A stretch of 64,000 nt of DNA, from positions 6,460 to 70,459 of the forward strand of contig CANFST010000012.1 of assembly GCA_947449695.1 (NCBI GenBank), in the 5' to 3' direction. Both the position numbers and the translations under genes were made by a program. Source of the stretch: Chitinophagales bacterium (lineage in GTDB: Bacteria > Bacteroidota > Bacteroidia > Chitinophagales > CAIODY01). Below the pieces are notes generated by a model. That model had not been told where the DNA came from. It worked only from the letters and a program-made list of their open reading frames with translations, and did not search any database. Shown here in pieces: positions 1 to 10,354 of the stretch (positions within the stretch are counted from its first letter, which is position 1; each line of letters begins with the position of its first letter).

Positions 1-1
1 G

Positions 2-928
2 ATTTGTAAAAATGGAGAATTAGAAATTATTTCAAACGAATCTGAATTAATTTATCAAACGATTTCGCAACAAGAATCAGTAACTTATTCAACATACACA
101 CAGATAAAATTTCAGCATCGCACCTCAAAAGAAAAATATTTAGCCGATGTAAATGATTTACAGCAACACATTCGCAACGGAACAATTTATGAAATAAATT
201 ATTGTCAGGAGTTTTTTGCAGAACAAGTTGAAATAAATCCGTTACAAGTTTTTAAAAAACTAAATGAGAAAAATGGCGGTTCATTTTCTGCATTTTTCAA
301 ACAAAAAAATTTATTTGCCATTTGCGGCAGCCCCGAACGCTTTATCAGCAAACAATCGGGCAAAATAATTTCGCAGCCCATAAAAGGAACAATTAAGCGA
401 AGTAATGATTTAGCAGAAGATGAAAATTTTAAAACAGAATTGCTTAACAACGAAAAAGAACGGGCTGAAAATGTGATGATTGTTGATTTAGTAAGAAATG
501 ATCTAGCTAAATCAGCAACAACCGGAACAGTTGAAGTGCCTGATTTATTTGGCATTTATAGTTTCAAGACAGTTCATCAAATGATTTCAACTATCACAGC
601 CGAAGTCAAAAAAAATATTTCAGCAGTAGAAATAATTAAAAATGCTTTCCCGATGGGTAGCATGACTGGCGCACCAAAATATACAGCCATGCAATTGATT
701 GAAGAATATGAAAAAATAAAACGAGGCTTGTACAGCGGCTCTATTGGCTACTTTGCACCTAATGGTGATTTTGATTTTAATGTTGTAATCAGAACATTAC
801 TTTATAATTCCACAAAAAAATATTTGTCTTATAGCACAGGAAGCGCCATCACTTTAGATGCTGAGGCAGAAAAAGAATATGAAGAATGTTTGTTGAAGGC
901 AAAGGCATTGTTTGATTTATTTGCATAA
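2..928 (+). CDS. pabB: Chorismate-binding enzyme, aminodeoxychorismate synthase component I-like (5-prime end outside window)
   Basis: Frame 2 is open from the window edge to TAA at 926-928. Translation carries ICGSPERF, NEKERAENVMIVDLVRND, FPMGSMTGAPK and YSGSIGYF motifs typical of PabB/TrpE-type enzymes. Confidence 0.8.
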   Translation: MCKNGELEIISNESELIYQTISQQESVTYSTYTQIKFQHRTSKEKYLADVNDLQQHIRNGTIYEINYCQEFFAEQVEINPLQVFKKLNEKNGGSFSAFFKQKNLFAICGSPERFISKQSGKIISQPIKGTIKRSNDLAEDENFKTELLNNEKERAENVMIVDLVRNDLAKSATTGTVEVPDLFGIYSFKTVHQMISTITAEVKKNISAVEIIKNAFPMGSMTGAPKYTAMQLIEEYEKIKRGLYSGSIGYFAPNGDFDFNVVIRTLLYNSTKKYLSYSTGSAITLDAEAEKEYEECLLKAKALFDLFA

Positions 929-930
929 AA

Positions 931-1368
931 TCAATAAGCATTTGCCGATGGTAATTCCATCCATCTATCAGGAAATTTTAATGTACTAAATCCAAATTGG
1001 CTATATAATCCATGTGCATCTTTTGTTGCTAAAATCCAACGTCGTAAGTCTTGCAATTGTGGGTGGCTTAACATGGTTTCCATTAACCATTTAGATAAAC
1101 CTTTGCCACGAAATTCATCAATTATAAATACATCGCCGAGGTATGCTACAACAGAAAAATCAGTTACCACACGAGCAAAACCAATTTGTTGATGATGGTG
1201 ATAAACCCCAAAACACAAGGAATTCTCTATGGCAATTATAGTCTTTTCTTTGCTTCTGTTGCTTGCCCAATAGCTGGTTTTCAGAAATTGATGAATCAAA
1301 TCAATCTGCAATAAATCTTTGTTGGTACTGATAATAAAATCATCTTTTTGAATTTCATAATTTTTCAT
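931..1368 (-). CDS. GNAT family N-acetyltransferase
   Basis: 145 aa ORF with QQIGFARVVTD...FRGKGLSKWLM, an acetyl-CoA binding-type R-x-x-G-x-G motif. Confidence 0.7.
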   Translation of the reverse strand: MKNYEIQKDDFIISTNKDLLQIDLIHQFLKTSYWASNRSKEKTIIAIENSLCFGVYHHHQQIGFARVVTDFSVVAYLGDVFIIDEFRGKGLSKWLMETMLSHPQLQDLRRWILATKDAHGLYSQFGFSTLKFPDRWMELPSANAY

Positions 1369-1408
1369 TTGTCAAAAACGCTAAGGTGTTTATTTTATTT
1401 TCTGTTAG

Positions 1409-2278
1409 CTACATCAGTAAAAAAATTGATAAGCATGCAATTAAAATTCCCGTTAACAGTAAAGTCGATATTTTTTCTTTAAAAAAAATTATACCAGTTA
1501 TGGCTGAACAAATTACAATGGACACATTATTAATAGGGAAAACTATTGAGCTTTGCCAACCACTATTCGATAAGGCTTTTATTAAATAAAACATACTGAA
1601 ATAGTTTGGCACACCTAAGCAGATACCTGCTAATATATTTCTCCATTGCCAGATTTTCTTTTTTAATAAGAATAATACGATTAATAATATTGAACCAATG
1701 ATTGCAGCAATTTGAAAAATCCAGATTACAAATAGTCCACTCTCCTCTGCTGGTAACATTTTTTTTTGCACATAATTTACCACACTATCATTAAATCCAC
1801 TGCCAATAAAAAGTATGATAGGTAAAATGAAATGCCAAATTGAAATGCGATGTTGAGTATCATTTTTTTGATAGGTAACCATTACTACAGCTATTATGGC
1901 TAAAGCAATTGCAGTTATTTTCAGTATAGTAATCTGTTCATTAAAAAAGATAAAAGCCGCCACCACTGGTATAACCAATGATAATTTATTGGCGACTGAT
2001 ACAGCCGTTAGTCCTACTTTTTGTGCCGTATAACCCATCAAATTGAATAAACCAATAAAAAAGATACCTAATAAAATAGCTGGTAAAAGCCATTCATGAT
2101 TGGTTACTTGTTGCCAGTTTTGAAAGGTGTAATAATTTTCAATAACCCCACCAGTGATAGTGCAAACCCAATAATTAATCACAATTGCTTGAAAAGTATC
2201 AATTTTGAATCGGTCAAATAATTTTAGAATAATTACTAATGAAGTTGATGTAATAATTGATAGTACTAAAAACAGCAT
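1409..2278 (-). CDS. DMT/EamA-like polytopic membrane transporter
   Basis: 289 aa with about 10 hydrophobic segments arranged as two similar halves. Family assignment is by overall resemblance only. Confidence 0.55.
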   Translation of the reverse strand: MLFLVLSIITSTSLVIILKLFDRFKIDTFQAIVINYWVCTITGGVIENYYTFQNWQQVTNHEWLLPAILLGIFFIGLFNLMGYTAQKVGLTAVSVANKLSLVIPVVAAFIFFNEQITILKITAIALAIIAVVMVTYQKNDTQHRISIWHFILPIILFIGSGFNDSVVNYVQKKMLPAEESGLFVIWIFQIAAIIGSILLIVLFLLKKKIWQWRNILAGICLGVPNYFSMFYLIKALSNSGWQSSIVFPINNVSIVICSAITGIIFFKEKISTLLLTGILIACLSIFLLM

Positions 2279-2363
2279 ATAAAAATTTGAACTGTGAAAG
2301 TAAAAATCTCAACATTATTTTACGTAAAAGTAGCCAACGAACTTACTAACTTTGTGCTACATT

Positions 2364-2945
2364 ATGTTGCATCTTAAACTACATACTGACCCACGATGGG
2401 TGAATCTTACTGAAAAAAGTGTAGAGGATATTTTAACCGATCATTGCTACTGCGAACAGAAAGCAGCTTCTAATTGTATTTCACTGATTCAAAAATTTCC
2501 TGATAAAGAAAAGCTTGTTAAGGAATTGTCTCCAATTGTAACAGAAGAGTGGGGGCATTTTAGGCAGGTATTAGCCGAATTAGAAAAACGAAATTTAAAA
2601 TTGGGCTATCAGCGTAAGGATGATTATGTAAATAAATTGTTGGATTATATGCGCAAAGGCGGCGACCGAGAATTGCGCTTGTTAGATTCGCTTTTGGTAT
2701 GCGCATTAATTGAAGCCCGAAGTTGTGAACGATTCAGATTATTAAGCGAAGGAATGAATGATGAATACTTTAGAGAATTTTATAAAAAATTTATGATTGC
2801 CGAGGCTGCTCATTATCGTCTGTTTATTGATTTAGCCAAAGAATATCAACCTGAAGAAAAAGTTAAAAAACGTTGGGAAGAATTTTTGGATATTGAAAAA
2901 GATATTTTGCTGAATTTAGATTTACGGGGTGATAGAATGCATTAA
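2364..2945 (+). CDS. miaE: tRNA-(ms2io6A)-hydroxylase MiaE-like di-iron protein
   Basis: DPRWVNLTEKSVEDILTDHCYCEQKAA...EEWGHF...ALIEARSCERF...AEAAHY match the MiaE ferritin-like pattern. The ATG at 2364 is preferred over the upstream TTG at 2352. Confidence 0.75.
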   Translation: MLHLKLHTDPRWVNLTEKSVEDILTDHCYCEQKAASNCISLIQKFPDKEKLVKELSPIVTEEWGHFRQVLAELEKRNLKLGYQRKDDYVNKLLDYMRKGGDRELRLLDSLLVCALIEARSCERFRLLSEGMNDEYFREFYKKFMIAEAAHYRLFIDLAKEYQPEEKVKKRWEEFLDIEKDILLNLDLRGDRMH

Positions 2946-2954
2946 AATAAAAAA

Positions 2955-2997
2955 CAAAAAAGCCAATTTCTCTATAAAGAAAAATTGGCTTTTTTTA
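2955..2997. terminator. Bidirectional intrinsic terminator between miaE and rplI
   Basis: Stem agccaattt (2961-2969) pairs with aaattggct (2982-2990). It is flanked by an A-run upstream and a T-run (2991-2997) downstream, between convergent genes. Confidence 0.7.
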
Positions 2998-3013
2998 ATC
3001 GTCGAATAAAAAA

Positions 3014-3460
3014 TTATTCGCCTACTACTTCAACATTTACAGAAACTGAAATTTCTTTGTGTAATTGAATAGTAGCAGCATAAGTACCTAAATTTTTAAT
3101 TTCTTCGCCGAAAGTAATTTTCTTACGATCAACTTCAATACCTTTTTGTTTTTTAATAGCATCAGCTACTTGCAAAGCTGTAACAGCGCCAAATATTTTT
3201 CCGCTTGTGCCGGTTTTAGCACCAACAGTAATCACTGCATTGTTTAATTGTTCAGCAATAGCTTGTAATTCAGCCAAAACTTTAGCAACTTTTGCCTCGT
3301 GTTGTTTCACTTTATCAGCAATGATTTTTTTATTAGAATCATTTGCAACTAAAGCTAAACCTTTTGGTATTAAAAAGTTACGTGCAAAACCTGGGCGAAC
3401 TTTTACAACTTCATTGTAAGCGCCTACTTTATCTACATCTTGTGTTAAGATTATTTCCAT
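3014..3460 (-). CDS. rplI: 50S ribosomal protein L9
   Basis: MEIILTQDVDKVG...VKVRPGFARNFLIPKGLA is the classic L9 N-terminus. It is the last gene of the rpsF-rpsR-rplI operon. Confidence 0.95.
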   Translation of the reverse strand: MEIILTQDVDKVGAYNEVVKVRPGFARNFLIPKGLALVANDSNKKIIADKVKQHEAKVAKVLAELQAIAEQLNNAVITVGAKTGTSGKIFGAVTALQVADAIKKQKGIEVDRKKITFGEEIKNLGTYAATIQLHKEISVSVNVEVVGE

Positions 3461-3486
3461 GATAAACTTCTTTTTAGATTAAAAAA

Positions 3487-3759
3487 TTATTTCAAACCAT
3501 CAGCCAAATAAGGCAACAACGCAATATGACGAGCACGTTTTACTGCTTGAGATACTTTACGTTGAAACTTTAATGAATTACCAGTGATACGACGTGGTAA
3601 AATTTTACCTTGTTCGTTCACAAATTTTAATAAAAAATCAGGGTCTTTATAATCAATGTATTTAATACCTGTTTTTTTGAAACGGCAATATTTTTTGCGG
3701 TTTCTGCCCAAGTTAGGGTTCGATAAAAATTTTATATCTTTCTTTTTGTCAATTGCCAT
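3487..3759 (-). CDS. rpsR: 30S ribosomal protein S18
   Basis: [36 protein letters not shown]...[19 protein letters not shown]. Confidence 0.95.
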   Translation of the reverse strand: MAIDKKKDIKFLSNPNLGRNRKKYCRFKKTGIKYIDYKDPDFLLKFVNEQGKILPRRITGNSLKFQRKVSQAVKRARHIALLPYLADGLK

Positions 3760-3778
3760 GATTGTTAAAATTTAAAAA

Positions 3779-4195
3779 TTAAGAGTTGGTTGCTTTTGGT
3801 TCAACTGTTTCATTAGCTACAGATTCTACTTTTCTGGTAGAGGCACTTCTTTTGGTTTTACCTACCAATCCTGCACGTTTGTCATCATTGTACTTCAATG
3901 CATATTTGTCTAATAAAACGGTTAAAAAGCGAAGAACTTTTTCGTTATCACGAACTAATTCTACTTCTAATGTTCCTACTACTTCGTTGGTGGCTTTGTA
4001 TTCCATCACAAAATAATAACCTGAATGTTTGTTAGCTATCGGATAAGCTAACTGTTTAAGTCCCCAATTCTCTTGATGCACCAATTCGGCTTTGTTTTTC
4101 TTTAACCATTTGGTGTAGCCTGTAATGGCTGTTTTAAGCTCATCTTCACTAAGAAGCGGGGAAAAGATTACGACTGTTTCGTACTGTTTGAGCAT
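3779..4195 (-). CDS. rpsF: 30S ribosomal protein S6
   Basis: YETVVIFSPLLSEDELK...ENWGLKQLAYPI...GYYFVMEY, in operon position upstream of rpsR. Confidence 0.93.
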   Translation of the reverse strand: MLKQYETVVIFSPLLSEDELKTAITGYTKWLKKNKAELVHQENWGLKQLAYPIANKHSGYYFVMEYKATNEVVGTLEVELVRDNEKVLRFLTVLLDKYALKYNDDKRAGLVGKTKRSASTRKVESVANETVEPKATNS

Positions 4196-4278
4196 GGTTT
4201 ATGAATTTTTGTTTTTAAAATTTGGACGGCGAAGGTAGCACTTTTATTTCATTTGGCAAAATGAAAACTAAAAAGAAT

Positions 4279-5148
4279 TTAAAGTAATTCATAGTTTTGA
4301 AAGCGCCACAATTCCTTTCCCGTAAGATTTTCTATAAACTCAGCCACTTTGTGTTTAATTTTTTTAGGTTTAATTTTTTGCGGATTAAAATCAAAATGCC
4401 AATTCATTTTCTCAATTCTCTCTTTCATCACTACAGGATGTGAACCTGTAAATTTTGTTAAGGAGTCAATAGTTGAATAATCAAATTCATCGGCTTGATG
4501 TTTTTCTTCTATCCAAGTATCATCATGCCAAAGTTTGTCAAACTCTTTTCTTTTTTCGGATTGTTTTTTCGGGTGCTTCACCCAGCCATAGTGGTAGATA
4601 GTAGCGTCAACAAATTTGCATTTCAATTTCTTTTCATTTTTTCTGAAGCTCATGGCATCTTTCCAACTGCGAATTTCTTTATCATTTCTAATTACTCTCA
4701 CTTCATTTTTCACCCATCCACGGCTATCGGCTTCATAATCATAAGTAGCGAAAAAATTGATATGCTTAAATACCAGGCCCTGAACCTTACTATTATTCAA
4801 ATGTTCAAGCATGGCTGCTTTTATTTTGGGTAAATCATTTTCATGAAAAACTTCATCGCCTTGTACATAAAAACACCAATCAGTATCAGCACTCACGGCA
4901 TCTAAAGCTTTGTTAGTTTCAACAGCTAAAACATGTCCGCCTTCACGGAGTGAATCGTCCCATATAGTATCAATGATTTTTATTTTAGGCGAATTTATGG
5001 CTTCGATTCTTTTTCGTGTATCATCTTCGCTATTGCCCACTGCAACAACTAATTCATCGCAAATTGGAAGAATAGATTGAATGGCTTCGATAAAAGGATA
5101 ATCGAATTTTACGCCGTTGCGAACAAATGTGAAACCTGAAACTTTCAT
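4279..5148 (-). CDS. Glycosyltransferase family 2-like protein
   Basis: 289 aa with N-terminal SGFTFVRNG...DELVVAVGNSEDDT and a DxD-like QGDEVF motif. It lies 3 bp downstream of a polysaccharide deacetylase gene. Confidence 0.65.
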   Translation of the reverse strand: MKVSGFTFVRNGVKFDYPFIEAIQSILPICDELVVAVGNSEDDTRKRIEAINSPKIKIIDTIWDDSLREGGHVLAVETNKALDAVSADTDWCFYVQGDEVFHENDLPKIKAAMLEHLNNSKVQGLVFKHINFFATYDYEADSRGWVKNEVRVIRNDKEIRSWKDAMSFRKNEKKLKCKFVDATIYHYGWVKHPKKQSEKRKEFDKLWHDDTWIEEKHQADEFDYSTIDSLTKFTGSHPVVMKERIEKMNWHFDFNPQKIKPKKIKHKVAEFIENLTGKELWRFQNYELL

Positions 5149-5151
5149 TTT

Positions 5152-5925
5152 TTAATCTTTTGAATACCTGATTTTATTTGAACTCGATAACAATGTGTAA
5201 ATACTTTTTTTAGAAAGATAGTAACCACTCACTTTATTTTTAAAACTACCCAAACCTTCGCCTGGTCTTATTTCTATACGGCGCATTTGCATTAAATCAT
5301 CTTGCCAATTCATTGGGCCAGTATTGGTCGAAACTGCAAATGGTACTCTCGAATTCTTCATCAACTCTTTTACATTTTTATTGATGCCTCCAAAAGGATA
5401 AGCAAAACTAACCACTTCCTTTTGTAATAAATTTTTTACATCGCTGATGCAATTTTCAATTTCATTTTTTGCATCGTTCAAATCAATTTCATTCAATGCT
5501 TTATGTGTGCAAGTATGTCCGCCAAATTCAATTCCATAATCACTCATTTCTTTGATTTGCTCAACAGTCATTAGGTTGCAAGCTGGTTCTCCTTCGGTTA
5601 TTCCCCATTCATTGCGTTGCAACTTTGTAACCAGATAAATCACTGCTGTGAAGCCATATTTTTTTAACAACGGAAAAAGCAAAGTGTAATTATCTTCATA
5701 GCCATCATCAAATGTCAGGATTACTTTCTTGTTTAAATCTTCATCAGGCTTGGCTTGCAATAAATTTTTGAAAGTGATAGTGGTAAAATTGTTAGCCTTT
5801 AAGTAAGCCAATTGCTCTTCCATTTGTTTTTCATACACATAAATTTTATGTCGCCCAACTTTGTCAGAACGCTTTACTACTCTATGATAGAGCAGAATCG
5901 GCAATTTGTGTTTTGCATCTTTCAT
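5152..5925 (-). CDS. Polysaccharide deacetylase (NodB homology) family protein
   Basis: ILTFDDGYEDNY (NodB motif 1) and FGGHTCTH (His motif). Confidence 0.75.
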   Translation of the reverse strand: MKDAKHKLPILLYHRVVKRSDKVGRHKIYVYEKQMEEQLAYLKANNFTTITFKNLLQAKPDEDLNKKVILTFDDGYEDNYTLLFPLLKKYGFTAVIYLVTKLQRNEWGITEGEPACNLMTVEQIKEMSDYGIEFGGHTCTHKALNEIDLNDAKNEIENCISDVKNLLQKEVVSFAYPFGGINKNVKELMKNSRVPFAVSTNTGPMNWQDDLMQMRRIEIRPGEGLGSFKNKVSGYYLSKKSIYTLLSSSNKIRYSKD

Positions 5926-5933
5926 AAAATATT

Positions 5934-6473
5934 TCAGGCAACCACTTGATAAATATCTGGTAGGTTTCTACCATAGCCATCATAATCCAATCCAAAGCCT
6001 ACAATAAATTCATTCGGTATTTTAAAACCTGTATAATCTACTGTTATTGGATGTTTCAACGCCTCTGGCTTTTGAATTAATGAAGCAATTTTTATTGATG
6101 CAGGTTGATGTTCGTGCAATTGTTTTAACAATTCATTCATCGTGTTACCTGTATCAACAATGTCTTCAACCAAAATAATATGCTTGCCGGCAATTGGCAT
6201 ATCCAACCCAATTATTGAAGTAACTTTTCCTGTGGATGAAGTGCCAGAGTACGATGCAACTTTTACAAATGTAATTTGCGAAGGCAAAGTGATTCGCTGA
6301 TATAAATGCGATGCAAACATAAATGAACCGTTCAAAATAGCGATGAACAAAGGCTCATCAGCCTTATAATCTTCATTGATTTGCTTGCCCAATTCTTTTA
6401 TCCGCTCATCAATCTGCTGATGAGTGAGATAGGTTTTGAAGCGTTTATCTTTTACAGTAATTTCCATTTTCAC
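5934..6473 (-). CDS. hpt: Hypoxanthine phosphoribosyltransferase
   Basis: PRPP-binding motif HIILVEDIVDTGNT and C-terminal FIVGFGLDYDGYGRNLP. Confidence 0.9.
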   Translation of the reverse strand: MKMEITVKDKRFKTYLTHQQIDERIKELGKQINEDYKADEPLFIAILNGSFMFASHLYQRITLPSQITFVKVASYSGTSSTGKVTSIIGLDMPIAGKHIILVEDIVDTGNTMNELLKQLHEHQPASIKIASLIQKPEALKHPITVDYTGFKIPNEFIVGFGLDYDGYGRNLPDIYQVVA

Positions 6474-6477
6474 GAAA

Positions 6478-6921
6478 TTAAAATTGTGGGAACAAAGGAC
6501 GAGCCCAAGGCATTGAACCTAAAATCAAAAGCATAGCAAGTGTAAACCAGATGAATTGTTTTTTAAATTTAGAAGTATCATCAGTTGATTTTTTGGCTAA
6601 AATTCTTCCAACATGTATTAATGCAATTGCTGCAATCATGCCTGTGATATGCTCAACAGCCCAAAAACGAGATTCATGATTTTTCATAATGCCTTCTGTT
6701 GAAAGGATTGAAGCCATGAAATCGCCTAAGAAATATTGCCATAAGCCAATCAGTAATTGTGTGTCAGCACAAATCATTAAAAACAAACTCAGCATATTAT
6801 CGGCTTTGCCGTATTTGCTTTTAGAAAGCCAGCCCATCAAGCTTTTGATAATGACAATGACTGCTAAAATTACGATTGCCCAACGGAGTAAATTGTGAAC
6901 TACTAAAATTGTATGATTCAT
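6478..6921 (-). CDS. Conserved 4-TM membrane protein of unknown function
   Basis: A start at ATG 6921 gives MNHTILVVHNLLRW..., four hydrophobic helices. The ORF extends to 6969, but the extra residues look non-native. Confidence 0.5.
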   Translation of the reverse strand: MNHTILVVHNLLRWAIVILAVIVIIKSLMGWLSKSKYGKADNMLSLFLMICADTQLLIGLWQYFLGDFMASILSTEGIMKNHESRFWAVEHITGMIAAIALIHVGRILAKKSTDDTSKFKKQFIWFTLAMLLILGSMPWARPLFPQF

Positions 6922-7008
6922 TTTAAAATTGTTTAGTGGTGAAAAATGAATTGCAAAAGTAGGGAACAAAAAATTTACCCGTTATCTTTTTAAGTAATAA
7001 AGCAAAAA

Positions 7009-7836
7009 TTAAAGTTGGGCAATTACAAAACGAGGTTTACCAAACATATCATTCAAAATTTCGGTAGTATAAATAGGATGGAAAATATTTTTTACTGCTT
7101 CAGCTAATTCAGTATTTACCTCTAAAAAAATTACACCTTGTTTATTGAGGTTTTTATCAGCCAGTTTTTTTATTTGTTCATAAAATATTAATGGTCTATC
7201 ATCGCTTACAAACAAGGCGACATGTGGCTCAAATTGTAATACGTGGTGCTCTATATTAGCCTTTTCTGATTCTTTTACATAAGGCGGATTGCTAATGATA
7301 TAATCAAATTGTTGATCTGAATCAAACTTAAAAATATCATCTAAAATCCAGTTGATTTTCACCTGATTGATTGTTGCGTTTTGCTGAGCAACTTCTAATG
7401 CTTGTTCGCTTTTTTCTAAACCATAAATTTGAGATGGGGTAAATTTTTTAGCTATAGCAATAGCAATACAACCGCTTCCGCTGCAAACATCTATTAATTT
7501 GATATTGTTTTTTTTGTTTATTCTTTTTATAGCAATAGCAGTAAGTTCTTCTGTTTCAGGTCGGGGGATTAATACATTTTTATTGACCTTAATTGTACAA
7601 TTTAAAAAAAATACTTTACCCAAAATGTGCTGCAATGGCTCATTTGATGATAATCTATAAAAATAATGCTGTAGCTGTGCAAAATACTTTTGTAGCAAAT
7701 CGGGTTGTCGCCATAATTTTTTATCACGACTTTTAAATACATTTTCAAATACTAAACTTGTAATGGCTTCCGCTTCGGAGTTGTCATGCGTAAGTGATAG
7801 ATGTTCAGTAAACTGTTGATGAAGTAAGTTATTCAA
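7009..7836 (-). CDS. prmC: Release factor glutamine N5-methyltransferase PrmC/HemK
   Basis: SAM motif DVCSGSGCIAIA and catalytic IISNPPYV (NPPY). Confidence 0.85.
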   Translation of the reverse strand: MNNLLHQQFTEHLSLTHDNSEAEAITSLVFENVFKSRDKKLWRQPDLLQKYFAQLQHYFYRLSSNEPLQHILGKVFFLNCTIKVNKNVLIPRPETEELTAIAIKRINKKNNIKLIDVCSGSGCIAIAIAKKFTPSQIYGLEKSEQALEVAQQNATINQVKINWILDDIFKFDSDQQFDYIISNPPYVKESEKANIEHHVLQFEPHVALFVSDDRPLIFYEQIKKLADKNLNKQGVIFLEVNTELAEAVKNIFHPIYTTEILNDMFGKPRFVIAQL

Positions 7837-7844
7837 TTCAATAT

Positions 7845-9050
7845 TTATTTACTCATCAACCGACGTATTTCATCCATTTCAGGCATAGACATGTAAGATG
7901 CAAAGGTTGGGTCATTTTCAATTTTGCTAAAATCTTTCAAACCATTTTGATAAGCCATTTTAAGGGTATTGAAAACTTTTGATACATTGTTTTCTTTGGC
8001 GTATAAGATTGCTTGCATTAAATCACAATCAGGATTAGTTGGGTCGGCCATTTTGTAAACGGTAATTATTTTACCAGCTTGGTCGTATAAACTTTGTTGA
8101 ATCATTTGGTTCGAGATAGAATAGCATGCCAGCGAAATAAAACCTATCAATCTGTCAGCCATTCCATTATTGTTTGGTTTCATTCTTTCGTTATTTAAGC
8201 GTAAAATTTCACGAGCCCAATAATTCACATCGTAGTTATGCAATGCTTCAATATATTGCTGATGAATAGTTTGTTCTTGTGCCATCAGTTTTAATTTTTC
8301 TGCATCAAAATGAGCCGGTGAAATTTTATTCATTTCGTCATTTAAAAAATAAAATGCTGCTTCAAATGCAGAGGCATCAGGCCATTCGTGTTTACCATAC
8401 CATTCAACACAGGTATTGCTAACGTTACTTGGTAACTGACTGGTTGAAAAACTAACCATTTCGCTGTAGTTCATATCTTTTATACCGGCAAAACCAAGCA
8501 ATTGCAAAGGATGATTGCATTGTTCAATCGGTAATGCTGCACCGCAATAAACCACTTTTGACACGGCGCTTAATTGTGTGCCTGCATTAATAGCTACTTT
8601 GGCTCCGCCACTAAAACCACAAAACATGATATGCTTTTCATCTATGGATAATATTTTAGGAATTTCATTTACTAATTCGCTGGCAATAGAAAAAGTTTCA
8701 TTAAAATTTAATCCGTTTTTTGAATTATTACTTCCTACCAAAATACAATTATGTTCTTCTGCTAACTTGGCATAATGCTCAATTGCATAAGCTCCGCTGC
8801 CATGGGGGTCGAAAAATATCATCAATTCTGATTTCGTTTTTGTTGAATATTTCGCTGGTAAATAAAGGGCAAATGAATGAGCAGGATTTGATGTTAGTTT
8901 AATATCATTTATCAGTATACTTTTTTCTAAATGAATATCGGGTAGAGTAGGTGTATGCTCTGCATCTGTATTATCAGTTTTCGGGTTACTACTACCACAA
9001 GCCAATAACAATAAAAAGCAGGGAAGAAAAACAAAATATTTCATTCGCAA
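7845..9050 (-). CDS. Lipoprotein with alpha/beta-hydrolase-like N-terminal half and helical C-terminal half
   Basis: Lipobox LLLACGSS and a GxSxG-like nucleophile elbow CGFSGGA. The C-terminal roughly 150 aa is helical-repeat-like. Function not assignable. Confidence 0.5.
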   Translation of the reverse strand: MRMKYFVFLPCFLLLLACGSSNPKTDNTDAEHTPTLPDIHLEKSILINDIKLTSNPAHSFALYLPAKYSTKTKSELMIFFDPHGSGAYAIEHYAKLAEEHNCILVGSNNSKNGLNFNETFSIASELVNEIPKILSIDEKHIMFCGFSGGAKVAINAGTQLSAVSKVVYCGAALPIEQCNHPLQLLGFAGIKDMNYSEMVSFSTSQLPSNVSNTCVEWYGKHEWPDASAFEAAFYFLNDEMNKISPAHFDAEKLKLMAQEQTIHQQYIEALHNYDVNYWAREILRLNNERMKPNNNGMADRLIGFISLACYSISNQMIQQSLYDQAGKIITVYKMADPTNPDCDLMQAILYAKENNVSKVFNTLKMAYQNGLKDFSKIENDPTFASYMSMPEMDEIRRLMSK

Positions 9051-9052
9051 AT

Positions 9053-10012
9053 TTAATGAGATTTTTCACTCATTTTAGGACATTTATATAATTTTCGTTT
9101 TTTCGGTTCATGATATTTCAAGCAAGGTGATATTAGCAGTTTGCTGATGGTGATGCCATTAAAAAAATACCAATCTTTATAATTAGGATTGCCACGGGTA
9201 AAACCCGGATGCCAGGTTAATGAGCCATCATAAGGTGTTCTGTCTGCTAAAGCTACGGCTAAGCCGCCAGTATTGGCAGCAATGGCTTTTGGGGCGGCAT
9301 AAGTAGTGCTAACATCATCCAGATAATCTGTAAATGTTTTTCTGAAACCTATCTCTATTCCTATGATCAGATTTTGTTTGAGTGCTAATTTAAATCCTGT
9401 TCCAAATGGTATTGAAATTTGAGTAAGTGCATAAGGCTTTCTTTCGGGATAATCTGGTGAACCTTGCCCTTCAGTATTAAGTGGTTGCAGATATACTAAC
9501 TGACCATTATAAAATGTGTAAGGATTAAAATGAAAAACAGCAATGCCTGCAAAAAAATATCGCACCAGTGATTTATGCCTGCAAACTGAAAATGGTGAAG
9601 GAGAAAATTCTGCAATCAAATGCCCTTCGTTGATGTTCGATTCAAAATTAAGGTCACGGTCTTTAAAATAGTCTTTATACAAATAAGCATCATTTCCTGA
9701 TATAGCGCCTTGATTATAACCTGCCCTGAAAGCCCAGTACGGATTATATTGATAGCGAACAAAAAAGCCTCCGGCAAAATGCAGGATGGAAGGGCTCGGG
9801 ATATAACTTGCCAAATCACCAAAGTAATGTGTTTCAGCAAGCAAGATGCCTACCTCCCAAGATTTAATTACATTTTTGGGCTTGTGTTTATATTTATAGG
9901 TATGGCTTTCGATAAATTGTGCAGCCACTTGTTGGGTTGGTAAATAAGCTATTGTCCACACCAATAAAAGGAGTAGGATGCTTGATTTGATATGTAATAA
10001 CAAATGTTTCAT
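9053..10012 (-). CDS. Outer-membrane beta-barrel-like protein (DUF6089-like)
   Basis: Signal peptide, then alternating aromatic/hydrophobic beta-strand pattern (GDLASYIP...FAGGFFVRYQYNPYWAFRAGY). Resembles the Bacteroidota DUF6089 family from memory. Confidence 0.5.
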   Translation of the reverse strand: MKHLLLHIKSSILLLLLVWTIAYLPTQQVAAQFIESHTYKYKHKPKNVIKSWEVGILLAETHYFGDLASYIPSPSILHFAGGFFVRYQYNPYWAFRAGYNQGAISGNDAYLYKDYFKDRDLNFESNINEGHLIAEFSPSPFSVCRHKSLVRYFFAGIAVFHFNPYTFYNGQLVYLQPLNTEGQGSPDYPERKPYALTQISIPFGTGFKLALKQNLIIGIEIGFRKTFTDYLDDVSTTYAAPKAIAANTGGLAVALADRTPYDGSLTWHPGFTRGNPNYKDWYFFNGITISKLLISPCLKYHEPKKRKLYKCPKMSEKSH

Positions 10013-10354
10013 GCTATGTCAACACATCAAACTGACTGTATTAAACTTAAAGAGTTTAAATACAGCAGCTGAATAGTAAGATTGATTTTGAAAAGGGTAG
10101 TGTAAAAATAAGAAATTTATTTTTAAGAATAGAAACTTGAAAAATCAATATTTACTTTAAGGTAATAAAAGCATATTCAATTTACAACAAAAATTTTGTA
10201 CTTAAAGTCAATAAATCCATAGCGAAGCATAATTGAAAAATTTGCTTTGGCTAATACTTCGTGCAGAAGATTGACGAATGAATTCAGATGCAATTGATTA
10301 ATTTGGCAAGTGGCGTTTATTTTATGAAAAAAGAAATCTTTTTAATTGATAGTG

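Noticed and set aside
205-555. 116-aa minus-strand ORF inside the pabB-like gene. The ORF track lists many similar antisense ORFs, for example 3207-3419, 3786-4016, 4495-4833, 14968-15204, 34955-35245, 35807-36133, 38965-39240, 48274-48594, 51711-52112, 53543-53845, 53877-54182, 58353-58703 and 62222-62536.
   Set aside because: Each lies entirely within, and antisense or out of frame to, a longer ORF with clear family motifs. Their translations are low-complexity or Leu/Ser/Phe-rich with no recognisable motifs. They are typical shadow ORFs of AT-rich DNA.
4196-4278. Possible structured 5-prime leader (S6:S18 autoregulatory motif) upstream of rpsF.
   Set aside because: I could not identify a convincing conserved stem or the known motif by eye in this 83-nt AT-rich spacer. 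An Rfam scan would be needed.
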